Below the pieces are notes generated by a model that was not told where the DNA came from, made no database searches, and worked only from the letters and a program-made list of their open reading frames with translations. From a virus (taxonomy: Duplodnaviria; Caudoviricetes): 35,590 nt of DNA. Below, piece by piece: positions 9,028-17,438 of the stretch; positions within the stretch are counted from its first letter, which is position 1; each line of letters opens with the position of its first letter. The translations under genes and the position numbers were made by a program. The DNA lies in the IMG/VR virus record IMGVR_UViG_3300037419_002816, positions 1-35,590 of that record; one strand, given 5' to 3'.

Positions 9028-9486
9028 TTAGGCCGGCGCGAGCCTGCTCTCAAGGAACTTCAGCACTGTCCGCAACTCCTCGTTCGTTGCGTTCACCGGC
9101 AACAGCAGGTGCGCGTCACGCTTCGGTCCTAGCTTGCACACCCACTGGCGCACCACGCTCGCTCCCTTCGGAGCGACCGGCTCCCCTTCCCCCTTCTTGG
9201 GCTCGTCTTTCAGCGGTCCAGGAATGATTTCGGTGTACTTCTCGCGCCACTCGAAGCGGGTCGGCCAGCCGCGCCGGCCAATGACCAGCTTTCCGAGTTC
9301 CAGCTGCTCGAGGTCCTGGAGCACCGCCCGGATGGCCCGAGGCCTCATCCGGGTCTTCTGCTGCAACCGGTCCACCGTCACCTCCGACATGTTCTTGTCG
9401 TAGGTGAGGAGCGCGTCGAACACCGCGCGCGCATCCGCGTTGTGCAGGCGCATGGACTGAAGCTTTTTCTCGACTGTCGTAGCCAT
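9028..9486 (-). CDS. Winged-helix DNA-binding protein
   Basis: VTVDRL...RAIRAVLQDLEQLELGKLVIGRRGWPTRFEW resembles a wHTH plus wing; AT-rich sigma70-like promoter upstream (~9520-9550). Confidence 0.6.
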   Translation of the reverse strand: MATTVEKKLQSMRLHNADARAVFDALLTYDKNMSEVTVDRLQQKTRMRPRAIRAVLQDLEQLELGKLVIGRRGWPTRFEWREKYTEIIPGPLKDEPKKGEGEPVAPKGASVVRQWVCKLGPKRDAHLLLPVNATNEELRTVLKFLESRLAPA

Positions 9487-9625
9487 CGTGGGCCTCTCGT
9501 GCTGGGGACTGGAAAGCAGATTAAAGCACATTACAGAATAAACGTGTAAACCCCTAAAGCGCCTTATCGGGTACGGCCTGGACGGTGGCCCACGGCGATG
9601 GCAGGCGCCGCTCGCTACACGGGGG

Positions 9626-10207
9626 ATGACCTCCCCCGCTGCCCCGAAAACCGCTGCTCGCAAAGGCCCCCGCGCCAAGGCGGGGGCGACCACTGCGCGC
9701 GTGGAGACGATGCGCCGGGATGCTCTGCGCCTCGTGAACGCCGGCTACAGCGTGCCGGAGGTGGGCGAGGCTCTGGGCGTCACCCGTCAGCGCGCCTGGC
9801 AGCTGGTTTCCGAGGAACTGGACGCCGTCCGTGCGGAGACACACGAAGACGGCATTGCCTGGCGTCTGAAGCTGACCGCCCGGCACGAAGCGCGCATCAA
9901 GCAGCTGGAGGCTGTCGCCGCCGGCGCCAGGACGAACACCGAAGCCGTTGCAGCCCTGGACAAGGCGCGCGCCGTAGACGTCGAACTGGGCAAGCTGTGG
10001 GGCGCCTACGCGCCCACCAAGACCGAACTGACGGGCGCTGACGGCAAGGACCTGATGGCAGGCGTTTTCGCCGTGCCCCTGGACATGCCCAGCACGGAAG
10101 CCTGGGCCGCGCAGGCCGTGGCGCAGTCCGCCGGCGAGGAAGCCGAAGCCGAGCGCCTGCTCGCAATGCCGGGGGCTGGCAGCAATGAAGCTTCGCCCGC
10201 CGCCTGA
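9626..10207 (+). CDS. terS: Terminase small subunit (HTH)
   Basis: N-terminal HTH (GYSVPEVGEALGVTRQRA) and KTELTGADG motif; overlaps terL. Confidence 0.75.
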   Translation: MTSPAAPKTAARKGPRAKAGATTARVETMRRDALRLVNAGYSVPEVGEALGVTRQRAWQLVSEELDAVRAETHEDGIAWRLKLTARHEARIKQLEAVAAGARTNTEAVAALDKARAVDVELGKLWGAYAPTKTELTGADGKDLMAGVFAVPLDMPSTEAWAAQAVAQSAGEEAEAERLLAMPGAGSNEASPAA

Positions 10208-11636
10208 CCCGTCCAAGCTGAAAGTCCTTTGGAAGCCGCTGCCCAAGCAGCTGCTTGCCTTGCAGTGCCCGGTCGATGACATCCTCTTTGGCGGCTCCCT
10301 TGGCGGGGGTAAGACTGAATTCCTCCTGGGCGCCTGGGTTCAGCACGCTCACGCCTACGGCGCGGCAGCCGCGGGCCTGATTGTTCGCCGGACCATCGAC
10401 GAACTGCGTGACATCTCGAAGCGCGCACAGCGCCTGTTTCGCCCCTTGGGCGCCAAGTGGGTGAAGTCCGAGCGCATGTGGACGTTCCCGAACGGCGCCA
10501 CGCTGCTGCTCTCGTACCTCGAGACTGACGACGACGCGGAGCGTTACCGCGGCCAGGAATTCACCTTCATCGGCGTAGACGAGGCCGGGTCATTCAAGAG
10601 CCCCACACCCATCGACTTCCTCCGCTCCCGACTGCGCTCCCCCGTGGAAGGCGTGCGCAAGCGCCTCATCATGACCGCCAACCCCGGCGGAAAGGGCCAC
10701 AAGTGGCTCCTCGAGCGGTACGTGAAGGGCAAGCAGCCGTATGTGCCGTTCGAAGCGACTGCCGACGAGACCGGCGAGGGCCTTGGCTTCCAGCGGGTCT
10801 ACATCCCTTCCCGCCTGACGGACAACCCCTACCTGATGGCCGACCCGGAGTACGTGAAGCGTATTCGCGGCTCAGGTCCGTCCTGGCTGGTTCGGGCGAT
10901 GCTCCTGGGCGACTGGAACATCACGCTCGCCGGCAAGCTGTTCAAACGGGAGTGGCTGGCCAAGACGTTCGCCGCAATCCCGCCAGACACGGCGGAGCCG
11001 TGGAAGTACGCTGCGGAGACGCTGGGCGTCTACACCATCGTTCAGTCCTGGGACTTCGCCGCGCGCGCCAAGGAGACGAACGACCGCTCGGTGTGCACCA
11101 CCTGGGGCTGCACGCCCCGCGGCTGGCTGCTGCTGGACGTGTGGGCCGGCCGCCTCACCTTCCCTGACCTCAAGCGCCAAGCGATTGCGCTCGCCGAGAA
11201 GTGGCGCTGCTTCGAGGTCTTGGTCGAAGACGCGTCCTCGGGCATCGGCCTCATCGACGAACTCAAGCGCGACACGCTGCTGGCCATCGTTCCCGTGAAG
11301 CCGCAGGGCGACAAGTACACCCGCGCGCTTTCGGTTTCCGCCCTGGTGGAGCAAGGAATGGTCCTGCTGCCAACAGTCGCTGCCTGGTTGTCCGACTTCC
11401 TCGACGAGGTGTGTGCGTTCCCCGAAGGCGCGCATGACGACATCGTCGACAGCCTGTCGCAGGCGCTGCGCTACCTGGTTGTTCGCTACACGCTCGGTGA
11501 AGCAACGGCGCCGGCTTTCGTTGAAGAACCGAAGGCGGCACCTCCAAAAAACACCTTTTCCAGCCGCGAGCGCGACCACTACGAGGATGCCCTCGCGTCC
11601 GCCGGCGGCGACTTCGAAAGACGCGGACTCTTCTGA
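10185..11636 (+). CDS. terL: Terminase large subunit
   Basis: Walker A GGSLGGGKT, Walker B IGVDEAG, TANPGG motif C, RNase H-like QSWDFA...VED...HDDIVDS. Confidence 0.92.
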   Translation: MKLRPPPDPSKLKVLWKPLPKQLLALQCPVDDILFGGSLGGGKTEFLLGAWVQHAHAYGAAAAGLIVRRTIDELRDISKRAQRLFRPLGAKWVKSERMWTFPNGATLLLSYLETDDDAERYRGQEFTFIGVDEAGSFKSPTPIDFLRSRLRSPVEGVRKRLIMTANPGGKGHKWLLERYVKGKQPYVPFEATADETGEGLGFQRVYIPSRLTDNPYLMADPEYVKRIRGSGPSWLVRAMLLGDWNITLAGKLFKREWLAKTFAAIPPDTAEPWKYAAETLGVYTIVQSWDFAARAKETNDRSVCTTWGCTPRGWLLLDVWAGRLTFPDLKRQAIALAEKWRCFEVLVEDASSGIGLIDELKRDTLLAIVPVKPQGDKYTRALSVSALVEQGMVLLPTVAAWLSDFLDEVCAFPEGAHDDIVDSLSQALRYLVVRYTLGEATAPAFVEEPKAAPPKNTFSSRERDHYEDALASAGGDFERRGLF

Positions 11637-13261
11637 TGGCTCTCTTCTCGTTTCTCAAGCGCACCTCCGCCAAGGTCGAAGGCCGGCCTGCAACCACCGA
11701 CGACCCGATGCCGGCAACCGTCACGGCTGCGGGCGCCGTCGTGGGCGCAAGGCCGCTGCAAAACCCCGCAATTGCTGGCGGCTACACGCCGGACCGCGTG
11801 GCTGCCATCCTGGAGGCCGCGGAATCGGGCGAGGAAAACGCCCATGCGGCCTACTTCGCCATGGCGGACAAGGTCTTTGAGCGCGAACTGCACACCGCCG
11901 GCGTGGTCAACGGCCTCGTTCTGGCCATCGCCGGCCTGCCGCACAAGGCAGTCCCGCGCAAGGGCGATACGACCCGGCGCGCGCAGAAGATTGCCGATGA
12001 AATCACGGACCTGATGGCGCCATCGTCGCCGCTGCGCCTGGCCGCGCCGGGCATTATCTCCCAGGGCCTGACGCACAGCATCGGGGCTGCCGCCATCGAG
12101 TACATGCGCTCGGCAACCGCCTGGGTGCCGTCTTGCTTCGCTCAGAAGCCTGCGCACTTCTTCACTTTCGCCCGCGATGACGGCCGCACCCCGCTGCTGC
12201 GGAACGCCCTCGCCGGCCAGCCGGCACAGCCCATCGAGCCTGGAACTGCGCTCGTCTTCACGCCGCGGCGCAACGCTGCTCTCCAGGTGAAGAACGGCTT
12301 GGCGTGGATTCTGTGCTGGTCCTACGTCATCAAGAGCCTGGTGATGGCCGACCAGCAGCTGTTCATCCAGACCTTCGGGCACCCGCTGGTCTACGGGCAG
12401 TACAAGCGCAACGCCACGCCCGAGGACGTCTCGCTGCTTCAGCGTGCGGTCTCCAGCATCAACGCCACGTTCCGCGCGGTGTTCCGGGATGACCTGGAAA
12501 TCAAGTTCCAGGAGATTGCACGCTCCAGCACCGACATCTACGAGAAGGTCTGTCGGTACCTGGACGAGTCCATCTCCAAGGTGGTGTGGGCCTCGACGCT
12601 GACCACCGACGCCGGCGGCTCTGGTTCCTATGCGCTCGGAAAGGTGCACGCGGAGGGCAAGTACGACGTCATCCGCGCCTACGCGCAGCAATGGGCGGCC
12701 GCCCTCCAGGTGTTCGTCAATGACCTGGTGGCCATCAACTACGGCCCCGACGCACCTGTTCCCCAGGTGGTGGTCGACATCGAGGAAGCCGAGGACCTGG
12801 TCGCCGGCAGCCAAATCGTCAAGAACCTCACGGACGCCGGCGTGCCGCTGGTGGCCTCCGAAATCCGCGAGCGCTTCGGCTTTCGCGAGCCGCAGGAAGG
12901 CGACGAGGTGGTCGGGGGCGCCCCTGCCCCTCAGGAACCGCCGCAAACGCCTCCAGGGGCCGCCAAAAACGCCCGGCAGGCCCAAGGTTGCCCGGTGCAC
13001 TCCTCGAACGCCAAGGAGGCCGGCATCCCCCGCGACGCCATCGACGGCCTGGCTGACGCCATGCTTGCCGATTGGCAGCAAGTCTCTGGCGACATCGACC
13101 AGGTGCTGGAAGCTGCCGCACAGGGCGCGACGGACCTCGAGGACCTGCGCGGGCGCCTGGTCGCGGCCGTCAACGGGTATGACGACACGCAGCTGCGCGC
13201 CCTGCTAACGAAGAAGCGGACCGCCACGCGCCTGGCCGGCGACGTCGGCGCGGACATCTGA
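11636..13261 (+). CDS. Portal protein, Mu gp29/DUF935 family
   Basis: FIQTFGHP..YGQY, YLDESISKVV...TLTT...GSYALGKVH, IRERFG..EP motifs; follows terL. Confidence 0.88.
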   Translation: MALFSFLKRTSAKVEGRPATTDDPMPATVTAAGAVVGARPLQNPAIAGGYTPDRVAAILEAAESGEENAHAAYFAMADKVFERELHTAGVVNGLVLAIAGLPHKAVPRKGDTTRRAQKIADEITDLMAPSSPLRLAAPGIISQGLTHSIGAAAIEYMRSATAWVPSCFAQKPAHFFTFARDDGRTPLLRNALAGQPAQPIEPGTALVFTPRRNAALQVKNGLAWILCWSYVIKSLVMADQQLFIQTFGHPLVYGQYKRNATPEDVSLLQRAVSSINATFRAVFRDDLEIKFQEIARSSTDIYEKVCRYLDESISKVVWASTLTTDAGGSGSYALGKVHAEGKYDVIRAYAQQWAAALQVFVNDLVAINYGPDAPVPQVVVDIEEAEDLVAGSQIVKNLTDAGVPLVASEIRERFGFREPQEGDEVVGGAPAPQEPPQTPPGAAKNARQAQGCPVHSSNAKEAGIPRDAIDGLADAMLADWQQVSGDIDQVLEAAAQGATDLEDLRGRLVAAVNGYDDTQLRALLTKKRTATRLAGDVGADI

Positions 13262-14016
13262 TGCCGGCAGCGACCATTCCGCCGGCGCTTCAGCGCGTGG
13301 TGGCCAAGGAGGCCATCTCGTGGGTGAAGTCCGTCAGCAAGGTCGCCCTTGACGCCAAGGAGGCTGAGCGCGCCGCGGAGTTGGCGTCGGACGAATACGA
13401 CCTGACGCGCTACGTCTCAAAAATTATCCTGGCTGACAAAGGCCGAGAGATGCTGCGCTACATCAGCAAGGCCATCCGCACCGGGGAAATCCCCGCGCGG
13501 TTCGACCGAGCGGAGCGTTATCAGGAGTTGGTGACGACTGGCCTGGACCAGTACGACCCTCGCATCGCTTTCCAAGCGAGCCTGCGCACGGCGTACGCCG
13601 CGGGCCGGGAGCAGCGCATCGACGACGACCCGGAGATGACGCACAAGGTGTACCGCACGATGCGCGACAGCCGCGTCCGCGACTCCCACCGCATTCTGGA
13701 CGGAGTGTGCCTGCCGAAGGACGACGCGTTCTGGGACACGCACTCGGCCCCCAACGGGTGGCGGTGCCGCTGCAAGTGCTACGGGGTGGACGAGGAAGCC
13801 ATCCAACGCCTGAAGGCGCGTGGCGTGAAGCTGCAAGAGGAAGCGCCGGAGGAACCAATGGTCACTCACGTGAACAAGGCCACCGGCGAGAAGGAAACGC
13901 TACCCGCGTCCGTGGAGCCCGGCTGGGGTTTCCGGCCCGGGAGCAAAGGCAGCGCCGAGCAGCTGCAAAAGATGCTCGCGCGCCGCATGCTCATCCTCGC
14001 TGAGGGCGAGGACTGA
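13261..14016 (+). CDS. Head morphogenesis protein (Mu gpF/SPP1 gp7 family)
   Basis: LRTAYAAGR, DSRVRDSH..LDG, DDAFW...PNGWRCRC. Confidence 0.88.
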   Translation: MPAATIPPALQRVVAKEAISWVKSVSKVALDAKEAERAAELASDEYDLTRYVSKIILADKGREMLRYISKAIRTGEIPARFDRAERYQELVTTGLDQYDPRIAFQASLRTAYAAGREQRIDDDPEMTHKVYRTMRDSRVRDSHRILDGVCLPKDDAFWDTHSAPNGWRCRCKCYGVDEEAIQRLKARGVKLQEEAPEEPMVTHVNKATGEKETLPASVEPGWGFRPGSKGSAEQLQKMLARRMLILAEGED

Positions 14017-14040
14017 AAACATATAAATCCTCGCGTTCAT
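14017..14040 (+). promoter_or_regulatory. Operator-like repeat copy 3
   Basis: AAACATATAAATCCTCGCGTTCAT; CTATACG at 14056. Confidence 0.75.
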
Positions 14041-14102
14041 CTGCTCGCGGCCTCGCTATACGTGAGACCTGAAGTGATGAGCAGGTGAACATGGAAAGTT
14101 GG

Positions 14103-14133
14103 GACCCCGGCCGAAAGGTCGGGGTCTATTTTT
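14103..14133 (+). terminator. Rho-independent terminator
   Basis: GACCCCGGCC-GAAA-GGTCGGGGTC-TATTTTT. Confidence 0.8.
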
Positions 14134-14695
14134 GCGCCACCCGCTCCAGTAGCGCGACGGCTTCGCGCTTCGCAGCGATGAGGCGGTCCAGAAGCTGCCG
14201 CCAGCTGGCCGGGAGGGTGTAGACCCCTTCTGCGCGGCCCTCGTCCGGCATTTCAACCACGTCCCCGCTGAGCGGCGCGAGGATGTCCGCTAAGCGGTCA
14301 AGGTCCGGCGCCACGTGCTCGTGGTCGTCAACTACCGCGATGAAGAAGATGGACCAGCCGCTCTCGCTGCCTTCAGCCGGCATCACCTTGGCCAGCATCA
14401 TCCCGACGGTCGCCGTCTGGCTTTCGGGCTCTCTCTTGCGCGTGCAGAGGCGTTCGAACTTCTTCTTCATCAGCGGCGGCATCTCGCGCCAGCGCTCCCA
14501 TCCGGACTCCTGCGGAATCTCCAGGCGAATCTCCAGCGGACTGAACGCAAGGTATTCGACGGCCTCGTCGAGGCTTGCGAATTCCACGATTTCGAGGTCT
14601 GAGCGAATGCCGACCAAACCTCCAGCGGTTTCGACTCCTGTGCGGCCGTCACGCACCACCTCTTGGCAGAGCACCAGCCACGTAATCATCCCCAT
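14126..14695 (-). CDS. Hypothetical protein (moron, ~189 aa)
   Basis: AAGGA SD before ATG at 14695 (MGMITWLVLCQ...); lower GC than its neighbours. Confidence 0.55.
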   Translation of the reverse strand: MGMITWLVLCQEVVRDGRTGVETAGGLVGIRSDLEIVEFASLDEAVEYLAFSPLEIRLEIPQESGWERWREMPPLMKKKFERLCTRKREPESQTATVGMMLAKVMPAEGSESGWSIFFIAVVDDHEHVAPDLDRLADILAPLSGDVVEMPDEGRAEGVYTLPASWRQLLDRLIAAKREAVALLERVAQK

Positions 14696-14873
14696 GCATG
14701 TCCTTTCTTCTTTACCCATCTTTACTGACACACCCCGACCCGTTATCGGGGTGGTGCCTATACGACGCAGGAGCAAGTGTTTTGCTCCTCGGCTCTCGCG
14801 AAGCCGCAACCTCCTGGTCACAGTCGGCCAGCAGGCCGCGAGTGATTCAGGACACCTCCATGGAGAACCCCAC

Positions 14874-15002
14874 ATGCAAACCATTCAGACCATTGCCGGC
14901 GTCGCCGTTCTGCTCGCCGCTTGCGCTGGTGCTCAGTACATCTCGCGTGCTGGCCTCGCCGCGGCGGACCGCTGCAAACAGCTGATTGCGCGCAAGCGCT
15001 GA
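14874..15002 (+). CDS. Small membrane or lipoprotein-like peptide (42 aa)
   Basis: GGAG SD; MQTIQTIAGVAVLLAAC; promoter motif at 14758 and terminator at ~15010-15035. Confidence 0.5.
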   Translation: MQTIQTIAGVAVLLAACAGAQYISRAGLAAADRCKQLIARKR

Positions 15003-15036
15003 TTCCAAAGCCTCCCTGACCGGAGGCTTTTTCTTT

Positions 15037-15156
15037 TCACGGTGCGAGCGCCGACACGAGTGCGATGAACGCGGCCCACAGGGCGAAGGACGTGCCGCCC
15101 ACGAGCAGGTTGCCGACAACGACGGGGTCACGCAGGAGCGCGCGAATACGCCTCAC
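15037..15156 (-). CDS. Small membrane peptide (39 aa)
   Basis: GTGA overlap with the upstream ORF; basic N-terminus then a hydrophobic helix. Confidence 0.4.
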   Translation of the reverse strand: MRRIRALLRDPVVVGNLLVGGTSFALWAAFIALVSALAP

Positions 15157-15305
15157 CAGGAGCAGAGCCTGCCCCAGGGCGCGGGCCGGCGCAGCTTGTG
15201 CTCGTAGTAGGCCTCGATGGCGCCGATGCTGCCGCCGACGACTATTGCGCCGACCGTGGACCAGGTCATGAACCAAGGCGTGAGCGGAGTCAGGAGTTGT
15301 TCCAT
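15153..15305 (-). CDS. Small membrane peptide (50 aa)
   Basis: MEQLLTPLTPWFMTWSTVGAIVVGGSIGAI...; one TM segment. Confidence 0.45.
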   Translation of the reverse strand: MEQLLTPLTPWFMTWSTVGAIVVGGSIGAIEAYYEHKLRRPAPWGRLCSW

Positions 15306-15435
15306 GCTGCTCTCATTTTCGCAGCAGCGAAGCAAGTACGGAAGCCTAGAAAACGCGTTCTCCGTTGTATTTTGTCTGCAGTGAATAACAGGTGCCTATA
15401 CGGAGGACACACAACACGTTTTCTGGAGACAAGCA

Positions 15436-16239
15436 ATGAAACAAGAACACGCCGAACTGCTTGCAGTCGCACTCGCAGAGCAGGAATACAAGCCCTCGCG
15501 GGCAGAGCGCGCGCACGAAGCGGCGCGCACCATCCCCAAGCTGCACAAGGCTTCGCTGGCCTTCGAGCCCGTCATGCTGAAAAGCGCACTCTTCCGTCCC
15601 GCCTCCGGCGCGCGCGCCACGTTCGCGGCCTACACCGCCATTCGGGCTCACGGCTCCCACAAGGTCGAGTACCAGGGCGAAGAACTGCGGCAGGACGACC
15701 TGCGCGTGCTGCTTATGCTCCTCAAGCAGCGCAGCGGCGAGCGCGTTGACCACGTGCAGCAGTTCGTGCCGCGCACCTTCTGCCGCGAAGTCCTCGCCTG
15801 GGCTGACAGCAGCGACAGCGTCGCCAAGCTGCGCTCGTGCATCGAGCGCCTGCATGGCGCGCGCGTGCGCGTCACCTACGCTGATGGCGGCATCGGCCTC
15901 TACTCGTTCGTGTCGGACGCCGACCTGGCGGGCGAGCGCTGGAGCGTGTGGCTCAGTGAGCGCCTGGCTGCCATGTTCGAGCGCGCGACCACCTACATCC
16001 CGCGCGAAGACCGCCTCGCCCTGCGCGACGGCCTCGTTTCGTGGTTGTTCGGCTTCATCAAGGCCGACGCCTGCTTCGCGCCGTTCTCGCTCGCGGACCT
16101 GAGGGACCTGTCCGGCTCCAACAGCTACGAGCAGAAGGCCTTCAATCGCGTCCTCAAGGCGGCCCTGGAGCAGCTGCGCACCGCCGGCCTCATCGAGGGC
16201 TTTGAGGTTGCCGCCGGGAAGGTTCGCGTCCGCAAGTAA
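15436..16239 (+). CDS. TrfA-like plasmid replication initiator
   Basis: KSALF...YQGEELRQDDLRVLLML motif typical of TrfA-family Reps; winged-helix-like C-terminus; iterons just downstream. Confidence 0.75.
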   Translation: MKQEHAELLAVALAEQEYKPSRAERAHEAARTIPKLHKASLAFEPVMLKSALFRPASGARATFAAYTAIRAHGSHKVEYQGEELRQDDLRVLLMLLKQRSGERVDHVQQFVPRTFCREVLAWADSSDSVAKLRSCIERLHGARVRVTYADGGIGLYSFVSDADLAGERWSVWLSERLAAMFERATTYIPREDRLALRDGLVSWLFGFIKADACFAPFSLADLRDLSGSNSYEQKAFNRVLKAALEQLRTAGLIEGFEVAAGKVRVRK

Positions 16240-16321
16240 TCGAGCGCACAGCGCCAAAGCAGAGCCCGCCCCTGGCGGGCTTTCTGTTGTTCCAAACCAG
16301 GCACATTGCGGGAGGCACGAC

Positions 16322-16416
16322 GGCGGCGAAACTCTACACCTTTCGCCCTGCCTTGCTGCTTTTTTGAGCAGTTCGGGCGGCGAAACTCTACACCTTTGCC
16401 GGCGAAACTCTGCACC
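16322..16416 (+). repeat. Iterons / putative replication origin
   Basis: GGCGGCGAAACTCTACACCTTT at 16322 and 16376 (exact), variant GCCGGCGAAACTCTGCACC at 16398; spacings 54 and 22; short AT-rich patch at ~16457-16473. Confidence 0.75.
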
Positions 16417-16562
16417 CGACCGGCCGGAAACCCAGTACTGGCGCGGGTTCCAAGAGCCTAAATACTCTATTACCTCGGCGCGCGCATTTCCGGCTACGCC
16501 TGCAATGCTTCGCCTCGTGCCTCTCCGGCTGTGGGTGGCGCTCCTTCTCAGAAACTTCGTCA

Positions 16563-16865
16563 TGGCTCTGTCTAGCCGCGGGGTCTTCTAAACCCTTCTG
16601 CGGTTTGTTTGAGGCGGGTTCTGGTTTAGGAGACGTCCCCGGATAGCGAAGCCAAGTGAGTGTCCTGGAGCGTCAAACCATCCTCTAAGGAGGAAGAGGG
16701 GAAGCCGGGGAGAGCAGCCCTGCGGGCTGCGCCAAGGGAGCCCTGCCGGGCTCCTATGACGTGGGCGGTGAAGGATGGTGTGCCAGGAGGCGCCCCGGTG
16801 CCAGGGCAGGCCACCGGTTCCCCTCTTGGCGGGGCCGCAGGCCCCTTACTTCGCGTTCCAGGCAG
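16563..16865 (+). ncRNA. Candidate large structured RNA
   Basis: At least 7 complementary helix pairs, G-U wobbles on the + strand only, no convincing long ORF. Confidence 0.45.
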
Positions 16866-16906
16866 TTCTTTCCACCCTCCCCTAAGAATCCCTCTGCCAT
16901 GGGCGC

Positions 16907-17110
16907 CTAGAACGAGAACGGGTCGGAAGACGAGGCTGGCACGGAATAGTCCGCGGCCGTGCCGAAGGCGTTGTGCCACTCCGGCTCCTGGTGGTAGTTG
17001 CACGCGTGATGGTCGTCCTGACCAATGGACGTCGGAGGCATCTGAAAGGGCTCGACGCACACCTCGGCGATGACCGAGCACGCTTCACTGAGAAAACTGA
17101 AAAGGCCCAT
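16907..17110 (-). CDS. Hypothetical protein (67 aa)
   Basis: Strong AAAGGAG SD before ATG. Confidence 0.5.
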   Translation of the reverse strand: MGLFSFLSEACSVIAEVCVEPFQMPPTSIGQDDHHACNYHQEPEWHNAFGTAADYSVPASSSDPFSF

Positions 17111-17219
17111 GACGCTCCTTTTTGGGCCGAACAGTTTGAGCGAAATCGCGGGCTCTGTACACCCCAGCGAAAGAACGCGTTTTTCAGGCTGCCGCTAAAG
17201 GTCCTCGCTACACCTTGCG

Positions 17220-17438
17220 ATGACCCGCCTGTCCACCCTCGCCCTCGCCGTGGCCACCAGCGCCACGCTCGCCACTCTCATCGCCGCCACGCTGTGCCTC
17301 GCCGTCGTGCGCGACATCCAGTCCGCGACTAGGCCCCTGCCCGCGGGCTGCTCGCGCGCTTTCAAGCCCATCGCGTCCAGCACGGGCCCCGTCCTCGTCG
17401 AAATCGTCGCCTGCCGCAAGCCGGGCACGTCTGTCTGA
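17220..17438 (+). CDS. Small membrane protein (72 aa)
   Basis: ATG 5 nt after the promoter motif; N-terminal TM; TGATG overlap with the protease gene. Confidence 0.5.
   Translation: MTRLSTLALAVATSATLATLIAATLCLAVVRDIQSATRPLPAGCSRAFKPIASSTGPVLVEIVACRKPGTSV

Noticed and set aside
9626-10207. HTH as a sigma-70 region 4 (phage sigma factor)
   Set aside because: It overlaps terL, has the terS-like ELTGADG tail and lacks sigma region 2.
16322-16416. Possible mini-CRISPR array
   Set aside because: Only two exact 22-nt repeats plus one abutting variant, no cas genes, and a position after a Rep gene fits iterons.
16690-16800. Resemblance to a cobalamin riboswitch (AGGGAAGCCGG, GCCAGGAG) or RNase P RNA (CCGGGCTCC, GTGCCAGG)
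   Set aside because: Core conserved elements are missing (GCCACTG/CCCGCAACTGT for B12; GAGGAAAGTCC and the 3' P4 strand for RNase P), and there is no cognate downstream gene.
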